A stretch of DNA of 64,000 nucleotides from Schmidtea polychroa (taxonomy: Eukaryota). Each line of letters begins with the position of its first letter. The stretch's first letter is position 1. Position numbers and translations under genes: made by a program. Below are positions 1-11,239 of the stretch, one piece after another. Where the stretch lies: positions 218,302,001-218,366,000 of the forward strand of contig CM097885.1 of NCBI GenBank assembly GCA_044892525.1. Direction: 5' to 3'. The notes under the pieces are model-generated. The model did not search any database, was not told the origin of the DNA, and was given only the letters and a program-made list of their open reading frames with translations.

Positions 1-159
1 TTTTAAAGAATTTTACATACAATCATAAAATAATTCATAAATTTATTTTAAACAGAAAAATAATAAACATAGTTAAAAAAACAACAGATCGAAGGTCAAG
101 TGAAAAGATTTTATTTTAACACAATTTTAATGTTTTAATGATTTATAAATTATCATTTA

Positions 160-401
160 ATTTATTAAAAACAGAGCTTGAAGACTATAAATCAGTAATA
201 TACCGATGTTTTTTGATACTCACGAATTTTCAGCACTGCCTTTTTCTAGTGAAAATTAACTTGAAAAAGGCAGTGCCGAAATATCGTGAGTATCAAAAAA
301 CATCGATATATTACTGATTTATAGTCTTCAAGCTCTCTTTTTAATAAATTTAATGGAAAAAATAATCAGTGGTGAAATTGGAAAAAATAAGTTCTTATAA
401 T
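160..401 (+). mobile_element. Hammerhead-bearing palindromic dispersed element (Penelope pLTR-like), full copy 1
   Basis: 160-349 is an inverted repeat with ~90-bp arms (ATTTATTAAAAA...TTTTAATAAAT). A ~50-nt unpaired tail follows, ending AGTTCTTATAAT. Same family recurs at 2765, 8135, 16527, 38310, 51372, 59914 and 62453. Confidence 0.85.
256..290 (+). ncRNA. Minimal type I hammerhead ribozyme motif (right arm of copy 1)
   Basis: TTAAC-TTGAAAA-A-GGC(AGT)GCC-GAA-ATAT-C-GTGAG: core UUGAAAA/GAAA, 3-bp stem II, self-complementary stem III ATAT, C17; stem I imperfect in this copy. Confidence 0.65.
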
Positions 402-1254
402 ATTATTTAATTGTTTTTAAATTTAATTAATGTTTCTACCAAGTAATCATTGTACTTTAATCTTTGTACTTTAAATTATAATAGTGATAATAGTCCAATT
501 ATAAACTATGATTTAATATAATTTTATAAAAAATATAATATTAATTTGACCAGCACATTGGAAAACTTTCTATAATTTAAAAAGGTAAAAACTTTCTTTA
601 TTTAAATCAAATATCTAAATTTTAATGGCTATTATTCAATAAATTTTTTATACAAATCAATGTACAAGAGTGCGTCAAGAAATATTTTTCCTTTGATCAA
701 TCAACATAGTCTAATCATATATTCTGACTTAGCAAAGTCTTAGAACATCAGTAAATAAATATTCCCCATTATTTTACATCAAAGAAATCAACATCATTGA
801 AAAAATCACTCTAATAATATCTCCAAAACGATCCCAACATAAATCTCCCATAATAATTTTAAACTAGAAGAATCTTCAAGAATAGTTTTGTGTCCAAAGA
901 AATAACTGATTTATTCATCATCCGCAATGTACTTTATTTGTCTTTTTTGGAAATTTTAAACATATAAATAATTTACTTTATATATTCAATGTAGTTGGTT
1001 TTGACAATTCAGACTGAGAAACCGCGTTTATATTATACTTCCATTTCTATTATGACATTCTTAGTTTTATCTATGATTACGAAGTTTCTCATAATAAAGT
1101 AGATCTTTAGAATGCATCATATTCGTTAAACGAGGTATTACTGCATTTGCTGAGACATCAATTCTCCCTTTGGGGAAAGATAGATGAATCGGTAAGAATC
1201 CAAGACTATTTTAGCACAATCATCTTTTCATCACATAAATTTTAAAGGTATAAA

Positions 1255-1311
1255 TCCAATGTCAATAAAAAAGTAATCATTGGTGAAATATGAAAAAGAA
1301 AGTTCTTATAA
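1255..1311 (+). repeat. Tail-only fragment of the hammerhead hairpin family
   Basis: CAATGTCAATAAAAAAGTAATCATTGGTGAAATATGAAAAAGAAAGTTCTTATAA matches the family tail; a weaker tail match lies at ~5779-5840. Confidence 0.6.
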
Positions 1312-1313
1312 TA

Positions 1314-1504
1314 CAGGTGACCCTCCTATAACACGGTAGATAGGTTCCAAGACAACGGCGTGTTGTGTAAAACCGTGTTATATGGGACCCATGGCCGATA
1401 TAAAAAAGGGAGTTAGGTTCCAAAAATTAAAATATATACACATATTTTTTAAGCTACATAGAAATAACTTCAATTTTGAAACCTTGTTATAGGAGGGTCA
1501 CCTG
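1314..1504. mobile_element. Tigger/pogo-like MITE
   Basis: TIR CAGGTGACCCTCCTATAACA / TGTTATAGGAGGGTCACCTG flanked by TA on both sides; 191 bp. Confidence 0.9.
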
Positions 1505-2764
1505 TATATATATATTAAAAAAAACTATTAATGACAATTATTTTTCCAAGCACGAGATAGGCTTGTCCGCAAGACCATTTTTAATTGTGTTTCTAATCTA
1601 CTTAAAGATTGAATAAACAAATTTAAAAAATCAAAAATTTTAATTGTATTTTTTGAATTCTGCATTTTATTAACTTTTTACCTCGATAACTTTTCTCACT
1701 ATCCAAAGGCATATTTGAAGGAATGTGAGGCATACTACATCCTGTGAATTTCGTATTCGGATTACGTTTGGATTTACAATCGTTCTCCATTAAACCATCA
1801 TCTGTCGGCATTTCAGATAACCATTTCGATGAAGACTTCGATTCCAACTCCTATCAAACAAAGACTTTGTCATGATGAAAGCATCAGCAGAAATTTAATG
1901 GCAAAACTATTCATTAAAATTAATAATACAAACTTTCTTCCATCGAATAAACGGTTTGAAAAACATCATTTTCCAACGCTGTCTGTCAGTTTACATTTAA
2001 ACAAAACGATGGGACTCGTCAATAGAATCAATTCGTTCACTTATAAAATCCACATGAAGAAATTATAATCAAAATCTCACAACAAACTGAAATCAAATCG
2101 AAAATATGAACATATTATATCAATCAGCTGATGAATAAATACTACAGAATACGAATTGATTTCACAGTCTTTACTATACAATCTGGCTAACAAGTTTTTC
2201 CTCTAACCCTATTAGATTGTTTGTGAGAAATTATGCTGTCTTTTCGGCTATTTAAATATACATCTCCCTTTCATAAAGATGGTTAGATAGTTTTTTCCTC
2301 TCCAGTTTCAGTTCTAGGGAACTGTCCATTCGACTCATTCCCAGTATTAGGGAAAGATGATGGCGATATGCAAATCCGATTTGTACAAAAGTTCCGCATA
2401 CACAGAGAACATAACTATTTAAATGTCGAGTACATACAAACCCAAGCAAAAAGGGAGAAGAAAGCATGAGTGGATAAAACAAAATAATTGTTCTTTTCAA
2501 GCTGAAACTGCCAACCACAATGAGGGATAAAATTTTATCAAGGACAATGAAAAAATTCAACTAACTGTATTTATTTTATTAAGCATATTATAATTTAGAT
2601 AATAATACTTCACATTGCAATTTTCATCAGAATTCACTGAACTTTTTTGTCGAAATCATTTCAAAGGATTTAATTTGACATAGTTAAAAAAATCTTTTCA
2701 ACATACAAACACACATTTATTTCGAAATATGAGATGAAAAGAGTACTATATATAAATATATATA

Positions 2765-2988
2765 CTAAAAAGAGTGCTTGAAAACTATAAATCAGTAATA
2801 TATCGATGTTTTTTGTTACTCACGAATTTTCGGCACTGCCTTTTTCAAGTGAAAAAAGGCAGTGCCGAAAATTCGTGAGTATCAAAAAACATCCATGTAT
2901 TACTGATTTATAGTTTTCAAGCACTCTTTTTAATAAATTCAATGGAAAAAATAATCAGTGGTGAAATTGGAAAAAAAAGTTCTTATAA
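2765..2988 (+). mobile_element. Hammerhead hairpin element, copy 2 (centre collapsed)
   Basis: Same palindromic arms and tail as 160-401; the right arm has lost the CACTT at the hairpin centre. Confidence 0.85.
2818..2853 (-). ncRNA. Minimal type I hammerhead ribozyme motif, consensus form
   Basis: Minus strand reads TTCAC-TTGAAAA-A-GGCAGTGCC-GAA-AATT-C-GTGAGT; stem I TTCAC/GTGAG, stem III palindrome AATT, cleavage triplet UUC. Confidence 0.75.
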
Positions 2989-3231
2989 TATATATTAATT
3001 ATTGTATAATTATTGTTGCGCAATCTAGATTCTCAAACAAGAAATATCAATTGTCCTATTGACAGTTAACATTCATATAGGAAACGTAAAATTTGATTTA
3101 CTTTAAAAATATATATTTTATAAGGAGGTGAATTTGAAAAGAAATTAAATATTTCGCAAATAATACAAATGAAATTATAATATAGCTGAATAAATTATTG
3201 GGTCTGCATTGGGAATAAGATGAAAATGTTT

Positions 3232-4340
3232 TATCCTAAAATTCTGTGTATAACGCACACTTTAATTTTTTAATACAATTTTTATATTAGTATAATGCGT
3301 ATCGATTTTCTGTCAGAGCAGTTACCTCCGTTTGACAAAACTGCCTTCAGATTGGAAAGAAAGGACCGCATTGTTGTATTTACATTTAAAAGATGAGAAA
3401 AAAGTATTAATGATCAACAAATAGGAAATATGGATGGACTTCCTATGTGTTTCTGTATGCTTGGAAAGTTCACTAATGAGCACAAAGGTACGGAATATGT
3501 AAAAATCAACACCACTGATGCTGAGAAATGCAGCTTTCCAGTTGTTCTTAGTGTCACTGGTGATGGTAGAAAACTACCTCCTATGATAATATTTAAAAGG
3601 AAAACCATACAAAAAGAAAATTTCCCAAAAGGTATATTTGTTCAAGCAAATGAAAAATGATGGATGATTGAACAAATTTTTAAAGTGTTGTTAGAAAAAA
3701 CCTGGTTCATTTTTCAAACCAAAATTTATCCTAATTTTTGATTCTGCTCCTTTGCATTTAACGGAAGCTGCTAAAATGGATGTTACGAACAATTCAACAA
3801 TTGCTGCAATTCATGGTTGATTGATAAAAGTACTACAACCATATGAAATTTCAGTTAATAAGTGTTTTAAATCAAAAGTTAGAAATGAATAGGAGCGTTG
3901 GATGATTAGTGGATTTCATACATTCACCGATAGGGGTAAAATACGCAAAGCTTCATACTCTATTGTTTGTGAATGGATAAACAAGGCATGACAATCAATT
4001 ACACCAGAGTCCATTCGTAACAGATTTAGAAAGACTAAGATTGTCGGACACAGTGATACAGTTGATGACAACTCAGAATAAGAAGACGATAAGTTAACAG
4101 ATGAAAAATATGCACCCGGGGTACAAGAGGCATTTTTACTACTGTTGGATTCGTTCGAATCATGAAATTAAAAATGATTATTAGAATTGACAAATATAGT
4201 TGGAGAATAAATTTTAATACTTTCATTTCAGTTTCATTTTAGTCGATTATTTCAATTAAAATTATAACAACCGAAAGCTACACTGGCCGAATTTAAGAGG
4301 AATATGACATATATAACGTTATATATAGAATTTTAGGATA
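3232..4340 (+). mobile_element. pogo-family DNA transposon, internally deleted, with DDE_1 transposase pseudogene
   Basis: Imperfect TIR TATCCTAAAATTCTGTGTATAACGC / ACGTTATATATAGAATTTTAGGATA. Frame 3430-4040 gives VVLSVTGDGRKLPPMIIFKRKT, FDSA.LHLT, VLQPYEISVNKCFK, VCEWINKA* with several stops. Confidence 0.85.
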
Positions 4341-6562
4341 AGTGTATTTTAAACTTTGATTATGAAAAAATATAAAAAAGACTTGTCTATTTCAAAATAA
4401 AATTAAATACTTTTGTACAGAATATCTCATTATTCAAAAATCTAGTGATGAAACTATTATCAATAACTTTGTTGTTGTTGTTTATTAGCCAACACAACAT
4501 CCTATGTTGGAACCTTGGTCCTAATTCTGATATTGCCATGCAGATTGTGGTAGATCATTAAGTTTGAGTAATGTAAAATCGGAATGTTTGATGTGAAACA
4601 ATACAGCAAATGTCATTCATAATAAAAAAGAATCATGTCTTGATTGATAAAATCTCAAAGACCAATAATGGCATAATAATTTCTTAAACTAAATTATGAC
4701 TGTAAATATATTTTATATTCCTAAAGCATTGAAACAAAATTTATTAAAATTTAAAAAACTGACTACATAAACGTGTACCTCAAAGATATTATAGCAATAG
4801 CTCATGTGAAACGGGCACAACAAAAGGATATACCTCACTCCTTTCCCGATTGGCCTGCAAAATTAATTTCCAAAAAAATTACCATTTTCAAATATAAATA
4901 AATCTAGTTCCCAGTGATCACTCGATTTTAGTGGATAATATTATTTATCTTTTGTCAACAAACAAGTTTTAATTATATATTGCAAATTGAAGTAAATTAA
5001 AAGAAGCTAGTATATTTTACTTATATATACTGATCCATCTGATCTGGATCAGATTGAACTGGATATAATATACTCAGGTCAAACGGGAAATTCAAAATAG
5101 TGCATATTTAAATTTTTTTTAAACAATACAATCATGTACTTAAAAATAATTTTTTTTTATTAATCTTTTATGAATATTTCAAATATTGACATTTTTTGTG
5201 TTGCATAATGAAAACATATCAAAGGCGACCAAAAATAATTAAAGATTCTACTGATAATAATAGGAAATAATACGAATGTACAAAATTTAAAAAACGCGTA
5301 AAAACCACAGAAAGACAAAAACGATTTTTTTCAAACTAAGTGCCAAAATAAAATACAAAAGTATTATGAAAGTTAAATTGGTTTCTGTTTTATAAATCAA
5401 AATGAGTCAATTTTTGCGTAAGTATTTTGCGTAACAAATCATTCTGAACTTTAAAGAAAAAGAAACCAAAAGTAAAACAAAAAAGTGATAAGATATTAAA
5501 AAATCATAAAAAATTGTGAAGAGACCTCTTAAGTTACAAATGCAAAATTAACGTAGTCCTTTGAACATAAATTTTTTTTCAAAGTAATAAAAAGGATGTA
5601 TAATTATTATTCATACCTCAGTATAAGTTGAAAGTTCAAAATAGAGTTATAATTGATAAGAACTCATTGCAGTGAATGTATTGTTTGTTAATTAATGTTT
5701 TATATTAAAAAAAGAAATTAAAAACCTTTAATCATGCTTTTTATTATCCACGCAATTCTTTTTATTTATATTATATTTTGTTAATAAATACAATGTTAAT
5801 TGAAAAGAAATCAGTGGTAAAAATTGAAAAATTTGTTAATTATATTTCTTTTTTAATTATATTAACTGTTATATATCATAAAAACACGATGGAAATTGTT
5901 CCGTACTATGTTCATCCAGTAATTCACATCAATCATCAATATTCACAAAATCTGAATCATAGAGGCTGGAAACAACAAGATAATTATGCATTTTCACATA
6001 TTGATGAAGGTCGTCAAGATGGCACACAAAAATTCATAAAAATTAAATATAGAAGACAACTGTGTGAGCACCATCCAGACGAAGAAAAACAACGATTGAA
6101 GAAATGTGCTGATAAATAAAATATTTCACTTACGGAAAAAAATTCAGTAACTATTTTATTAGAATATATTCTGTACACTATAAAAATAAATTTTGACACT
6201 CAATTACTATAGATATCCTTGTAAAAACAAATTCAAAATCAAGAGATAAAACTAATCAATGAGGATTATTTTATGCAATTCTTATATGAAACAGATAATG
6301 TGAGTTGTGATCGTATGTCAATTTGGATCATAAATGATGATACAGCAATTAATGACTATTTATCAAAAAAATGAAAAATCAGATATTCACATATTTTTAA
6401 AATTTTAAATTAAACATATTTTAAAGGAGCAATATATATTACGTATAATTTATTATTATTATTATTATAATTATTTTATTAATACTATTTTTTATTAATT
6501 CATTTCTTATTCTTACTGTTACTCTTTTCTTCTTCTTTGCTTTTTTCTTTTTATTCTTTTTA

Positions 6563-6632
<70 letters not shown>
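6563..6632. repeat. (ATT)n microsatellite
   Basis: About 23 uninterrupted TAT units. Confidence 0.95.
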
Positions 6633-7949
6633 AATATTAATTTATTTACTTCTGACAAGTATAGAAAAGAAAATTGCACTCTTTCAATTTAAAAAATCAA
6701 TTATACATAAACTTTATGTTGAAAATTTTGAAAATATATGACATATTTAAATTTTTTACATTTTATATATAATTTGCATAAATATTTCACATGTCAAACA
6801 GAGAAAAAGTCATTCATTGCGTTTTTGGAACTATAACTCCAGCACGTGGATAAACATTATGAGGAAGGAATTTATACATTTTCTGAAAGTTTTTGTGAAT
6901 ATGATGAATCTGCAAAAAGGATATTTTGCGTTCTTGGTCTTTATAATCTAGTTTTGTTAATTCAGAAAAAAAGCCTTGATAAATTATTTAATTTTTTGAA
7001 AAAGAATGTCTATAAAGAGTATGTATACATCGGGTTGTGAGGTAAACAACATTACTAACAAGTGCAAATCTAATATGACTGAATTTGTGTTGGTATTGGA
7101 AGAAAAGTAAGCAGTTGGATAAACTAAAATTCTGGATTATTTCTAATTTCTGCTAAGTACAAAATATTTTTATTAATAAATCTTAAATTCCCGTTAAATT
7201 GTATTCTGAAGTAAATAAACCATGAAATCTAAATTGTTTTTCTTCCTTACATTATGATGAAAGTGATCCTGTCCAAATATATTGTAAAACGGATGAAGTG
7301 GTGTTTTTTAATAATGATAATATTAACCATAATAACTATTATTAACTATTATTATTTTGTAAGAAAATACAAATAAACAATTTATATAATAAAGTATTGT
7401 ATTTTAGGATAAAAAGATAAATAAATAAAAATCATACTTTTGTTGTAACAAAAAGATAAAAAATAATTGAATTAAATTGACTGGAATAACCAAAACAATA
7501 ATAGATTATAAAACTTCAACCAACTCGAACTATTTGAAATTATAATAAAAAATCCAATTAAAATATATATAGATATCAATACTAAGTGATCTGTCCACAT
7601 AATTTACGATTTGCTTACAGAGACTGAGACAAGATAATATTTGATAAATAAATGATGTGTTCAGAATGAACAAAAATACATAAGAATCAATATTTAATAC
7701 AAATAATATTATAATAAATAAGAAATTAAATGTTTGTTTAAAATTAAATATTTATAAAATTTTCTAATTATGAGTAATTAATTTCTGTAATTAATAAATA
7801 CTTGAAACACCATGCTAATGGATTGAAATAAAATGTATAAATAATAATATTATTATTCTATTTATCGTTATTAAAAAATATAAAACGAATAGCACATGTT
7901 TAATTATATAATCTAAAACATTTATTCCACAACAAAACATATTTCAAGG

Positions 7950-8326
7950 TGTAGTGACACTTCAACTAAATTGAATTAACCATATATATTTTTAGAAACT
8001 GTACATAAGATTTAATTTGTCTTAATCCTGTTGTTTAAAATTGTAAAATAAGATTTTAATTAGTTCTAATTAGTTATCAAAGTTATCAATACTAATAAAA
8101 TATTAAATTGTTAAATTAGTTATTAATATTATTATTATAAGAACTTCTTTCGATTTTCACCGCTGATTTCTTTTCAATTGACATATTTATTAAAAAATTG
8201 ACTATTTTGATTTAAAATCACTTGAAGAAGGCTATCCCGAAAATTCGTGAATATCCAAAAACATCCATGTCTCGTTGATATCATAGTCAATTTTTTAATA
8301 AATATAATATTATATTTATATCTACA
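7950..8326 (+). repeat. 5' LTR (interrupted by a hammerhead-hairpin insertion)
   Basis: Starts TGTAGTGACAC, ends ATATCTACA. Aligns by eye to 12161-12378 (shared TAATCCTGTTGTTTAAAATTG, TAATTAGTTATCAAAG, TTGTTAAATTAGTT) once 8135-8305 is removed. Confidence 0.75.
8135..8305 (-). mobile_element. Hammerhead hairpin element, divergent subfamily, inserted in 5' LTR
   Basis: Reverse-complement tail ATAAGAAC...TTTTCACCGCTGATT, then IR ends TTATTAAAAAATTGACTAT / ATAGTCAATTTTTTAATAA. Plus-strand hammerhead variant TCAC-TTGAAGA-A-GGCTATCCC-GAA-AATT-C-GTGA at 8218-8250. Absent from the 3' LTR. Confidence 0.75.
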
Positions 8327-8330
8327 ATGA

Positions 8331-8342
8331 TGGTGTCAGAAG
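8331..8342 (+). promoter_or_regulatory. Primer-binding site complementary to tRNA-Leu 3' end
   Basis: TGGTGTCAGAAG, 4 nt after the LTR-terminal CA, is the reverse complement of ...CTTCTGACACCA (eukaryotic tRNA-Leu CAA type). Confidence 0.75.
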
Positions 8343-9276
8343 AGAAAAATACAGGGGAACTTAAATAACTTATTGGTCAATTCGGAGTTGGAGTTTATTC
8401 TTCATTTCTCGTAACTGACAAAGTTACCGTTATTTCTAAATCAGACACCGATTATCAATATTTCTGGGAATCTGATGCCTCTTTATTCTCGATTGTCCAA
8501 GATCCAAGAGGAAACATTTTAGAAAGAGGAACTGAAGTTATTCTTCATTTAAAAGACGAAGTTCTTGAATTTTTGGAAATCGATATTCTGAGCAATCTAA
8601 TACAGTCAATTTATTAGTCTTTTTATTTACCTTTGGAAAAGGTGTGTTAAAAATGTTGATGAAGATAATGAAATTCCTGTGTCAAAAAGGGATGAAGATC
8701 CTAATGTTAAAAATGAAAATAAAAAAAATTATAGAGAAACCGTTTTGGATAGGGAATTAGTAAACAAAAATAAACCGATTCGGACAAGAAAATCTGGTGA
8801 AACCCCAGAGGAAGAATACAATGATTCTCATAAATCATTTTCAAAAAATTACCGAAAAAACCCATCTGCACAAACACATCTCACCGCTGAAAGATATGTA
8901 CGATTCAAAGCAATTTCATACATTCTGAAAAAGTATAATGTTGAATTTAATTTTGTCTAAAAAATGAATGACAATATTAAACTCTACGTGAAAAGAATTT
9001 TCATCATTGATGATTTTGATGATATAATGCTGAAATATCTGTCATTTATGAAAGGAATTATTGATAGTGATGCTTTACCGTTAAATGTAGCAAGAGATAT
9101 TTTACAACAACACAAACTTTGAAAAGAAACTGGTTCATAAAAATTTAGAAATGTTTAAAAAATTTCCGGAAGACATATTCAAAATAATTTGGAAAGAATA
9201 CGATTTGGCAAAATTAATTCGATTTTGGTTGTCACATTTTAAAGAAAGTCAAACATCTCTCATTGATTTGGTTTCA
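8334..9276 (+). pseudogene. HSP90B1: GRP94/endoplasmin (Hsp90 family) pseudogene, block A: second half of ATPase domain to middle domain
   Basis: Intronless, with stops and frameshifts: SEEKNTGELK*LIGQFGVGVYSSFLVTDKVTVISK...QDPRGNILERGTEVILHLKDE...KPIRTRK...[48 protein letters not shown]...LAKLIRF. Confidence 0.92.
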
Positions 9277-9840
9277 TTGAAAAGCTGATTTACTTCTTTT
9301 TCATAATCCTCGTATTCTTCATTGCTAACAATATGACGACGAAAACTTGAAATCTCACAAAACCGCTAAACAAGCTGATAAGCCAAACGAAGATTCAAGA
9401 AAAGAGCCAAACCAAAAGATCCATCATAAACCGATGGTGGTGTCGTGAAAAGAGAAGAAGAGGTCATTAGCATAAATGACTTGAATGTAAGCCAAACAAA
9501 AGAATTTCATGAAAAAGTACAAAAATATACTTTCCAAGCTGAAGTTGACAGGATGATGAAATTGATAATTAATTCCTTTTACAAAAATAAAGAAATAATT
9601 TTACGTAAAATAATTTCGAATGCATCCGACACTCTTGACAAAATCAGATTCATCTCTTTCACTAATTAAGACAGAAACTTTGATAATGAAGATTTGTACA
9701 TTAAAACAAAGGTTGATAAAGCCACGAAAACTCTATATTCATGATACAGTGGTTGGTATGACAAATACAGAATTTAATCAACAATCTCAGAACAATAGCT
9801 AAATCATGAACGCCTGATTTCATCCAGAAATTGTCAGAAG
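9277..9840 (+). pseudogene. HSP90B1: GRP94/endoplasmin pseudogene, block B: signal peptide to first half of ATPase domain
   Basis: Signal-like LIYFFFIILVFFIA, then [54 protein letters not shown]...NLRTIAKS*TPDFIQKLSE. The REEE and NSxYKNKEI motifs are GRP94-specific. Confidence 0.92.
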
Positions 9841-10589
9841 TTAATTTTTTTCTACCATTAACGTTTAATGTGGCAATCAATTACAATTCAAAGTTTCAAT
9901 CAAAAGTGGCCATAATCAAATGACGAATATGACGCAAAATTTCCTAATTATGTCATGTCATTGAAGAGAAAGCTATCAAAAGTACAACATGGAAAAGTCA
10001 TGATTGCTAAAAAAACCGGTTCGAGTGAATTTTGCGCTCCAGAATTGAGTAAACAAAGGTTTATAATAACTAATCAAGGAAAGATTGTTTAAAATCTAAC
10101 AAGGAAAATCCCGTAAAAATGTCGTGTTTGCATAGTGATTACAATCAAAGTCATAGAGTTTCGGAATTTAACTTATTCAAAAGCAAGGCCAGTAAGATTT
10201 TAATTGCAACTTCGGTCGTTTCGATGGGACTGAATGTAACTGATGTGGAATGAGTATTCAATGTATGATTATCAACGGAATACTCACCACTAGCCCTACT
10301 AGTCAAAAATGCGATGAATCAGGTAAGAACACTTTATAATTATGCACAGGATATAATAAATATATAATAAAAATATAATAAACATAAATATAAAAATCAT
10401 TAATAAAACATGTAACATAAAACTTCACCCATCACAGTCCCTATTTTTAAAACTAAAACTTAAATCAACCAGGGCTTTATATGCTCTCTCTAATGGAAAA
10501 ATCATTCTGGTACTAAAATCGACTTACAAGAACACCCGGCTAACAGGCTCTATAGTTTATATATTTGAGTGATTATGAGGGAATCAAAC

Positions 10590-11230
10590 ACAAACCCTAA
10601 AGACAAATATAAACCAGTACGCCACTGCAATCATCACAAACATCAATCCCCAATTTCCTCGATACAGCTGGATCGCCAAGGCTATCGACATAAAAATCTT
10701 TTCACAACTCAAAAAATTCCACAATTTACTTTTTACTCTCCCGTCTGAGATCCTCCAAACTTTCTCCTTAAATATAATCGACATAATTGAAATGAATCTT
10801 CCATACAACAAATTAAAATCAAAAATCCTAGAATAGTACGCAACCCCAACGGAAGAGGTTTCTGGTAAATATATCCGCTCTCAAAGTCTGGGTACACAAA
10901 ACCCACGGAATTCCTAAAATAAATATCACGCGATGTTCAAAACATCTTCTCTGGGTCGAAAGACAAAACTGTCATAAAAAACTCTTCATGGACTTTCTTC
11001 CCAAAACAGTACATGCAGGACTTATAGGATCACAAGTAGAGGACATAGATAACTTAGCTCGACTAGCCTACAAAATTATTGGGACTATACCACCACCGAC
11101 AACAACTTCTATACCAAACGTTGATTACGAAGCAACTATGAATACATTTAAAAACAAACCAGCTTTCACAATGGCATACTACTTGACACGACTCTCAAAG
11201 GATGCCAACATCCAATTCTATGGAAAACTA
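10590..11230 (+). pseudogene. Gypsy gag remnant
   Basis: PQFPRYSW...KKFHNLLFTLPSEI...PYNKLKSKIL...LGTQNP...FLPKTVHAGL...DNLARLAYKI resembles Gypsy gag; stops and frameshifts present. Confidence 0.6.
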
Positions 11231-11239
11231 TTAGACCAA

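Noticed and set aside
160-349. Classical MITE interpretation of the hairpin family
   Set aside because: The inverted repeat is not terminal (a constant unpaired tail follows), no TSD is seen, and the conserved core is an RNA catalytic motif.
8331-8342. tRNA gene
   Set aside because: Only a 12-nt complement of a tRNA 3' end; no cloverleaf or A/B boxes.
8334-9840. TGTCAGAAG flanking repeat read as an ordinary target-site duplication
   Set aside because: The 9-mer is itself in-frame GRP94 sequence at the permutation point and part of the PBS, so it is a shared microhomology rather than a host TSD.
8334-9840. Two truncated tandem GRP94 genes
   Set aside because: Independent truncations would be unlikely to end and begin at the same 9 nt; not fully excluded without long reads.
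10270-10295. Minus-strand TGGTGAGTA as a second PBS
   Set aside because: No adjacent LTR-terminal CA and no tRNA match I can support.
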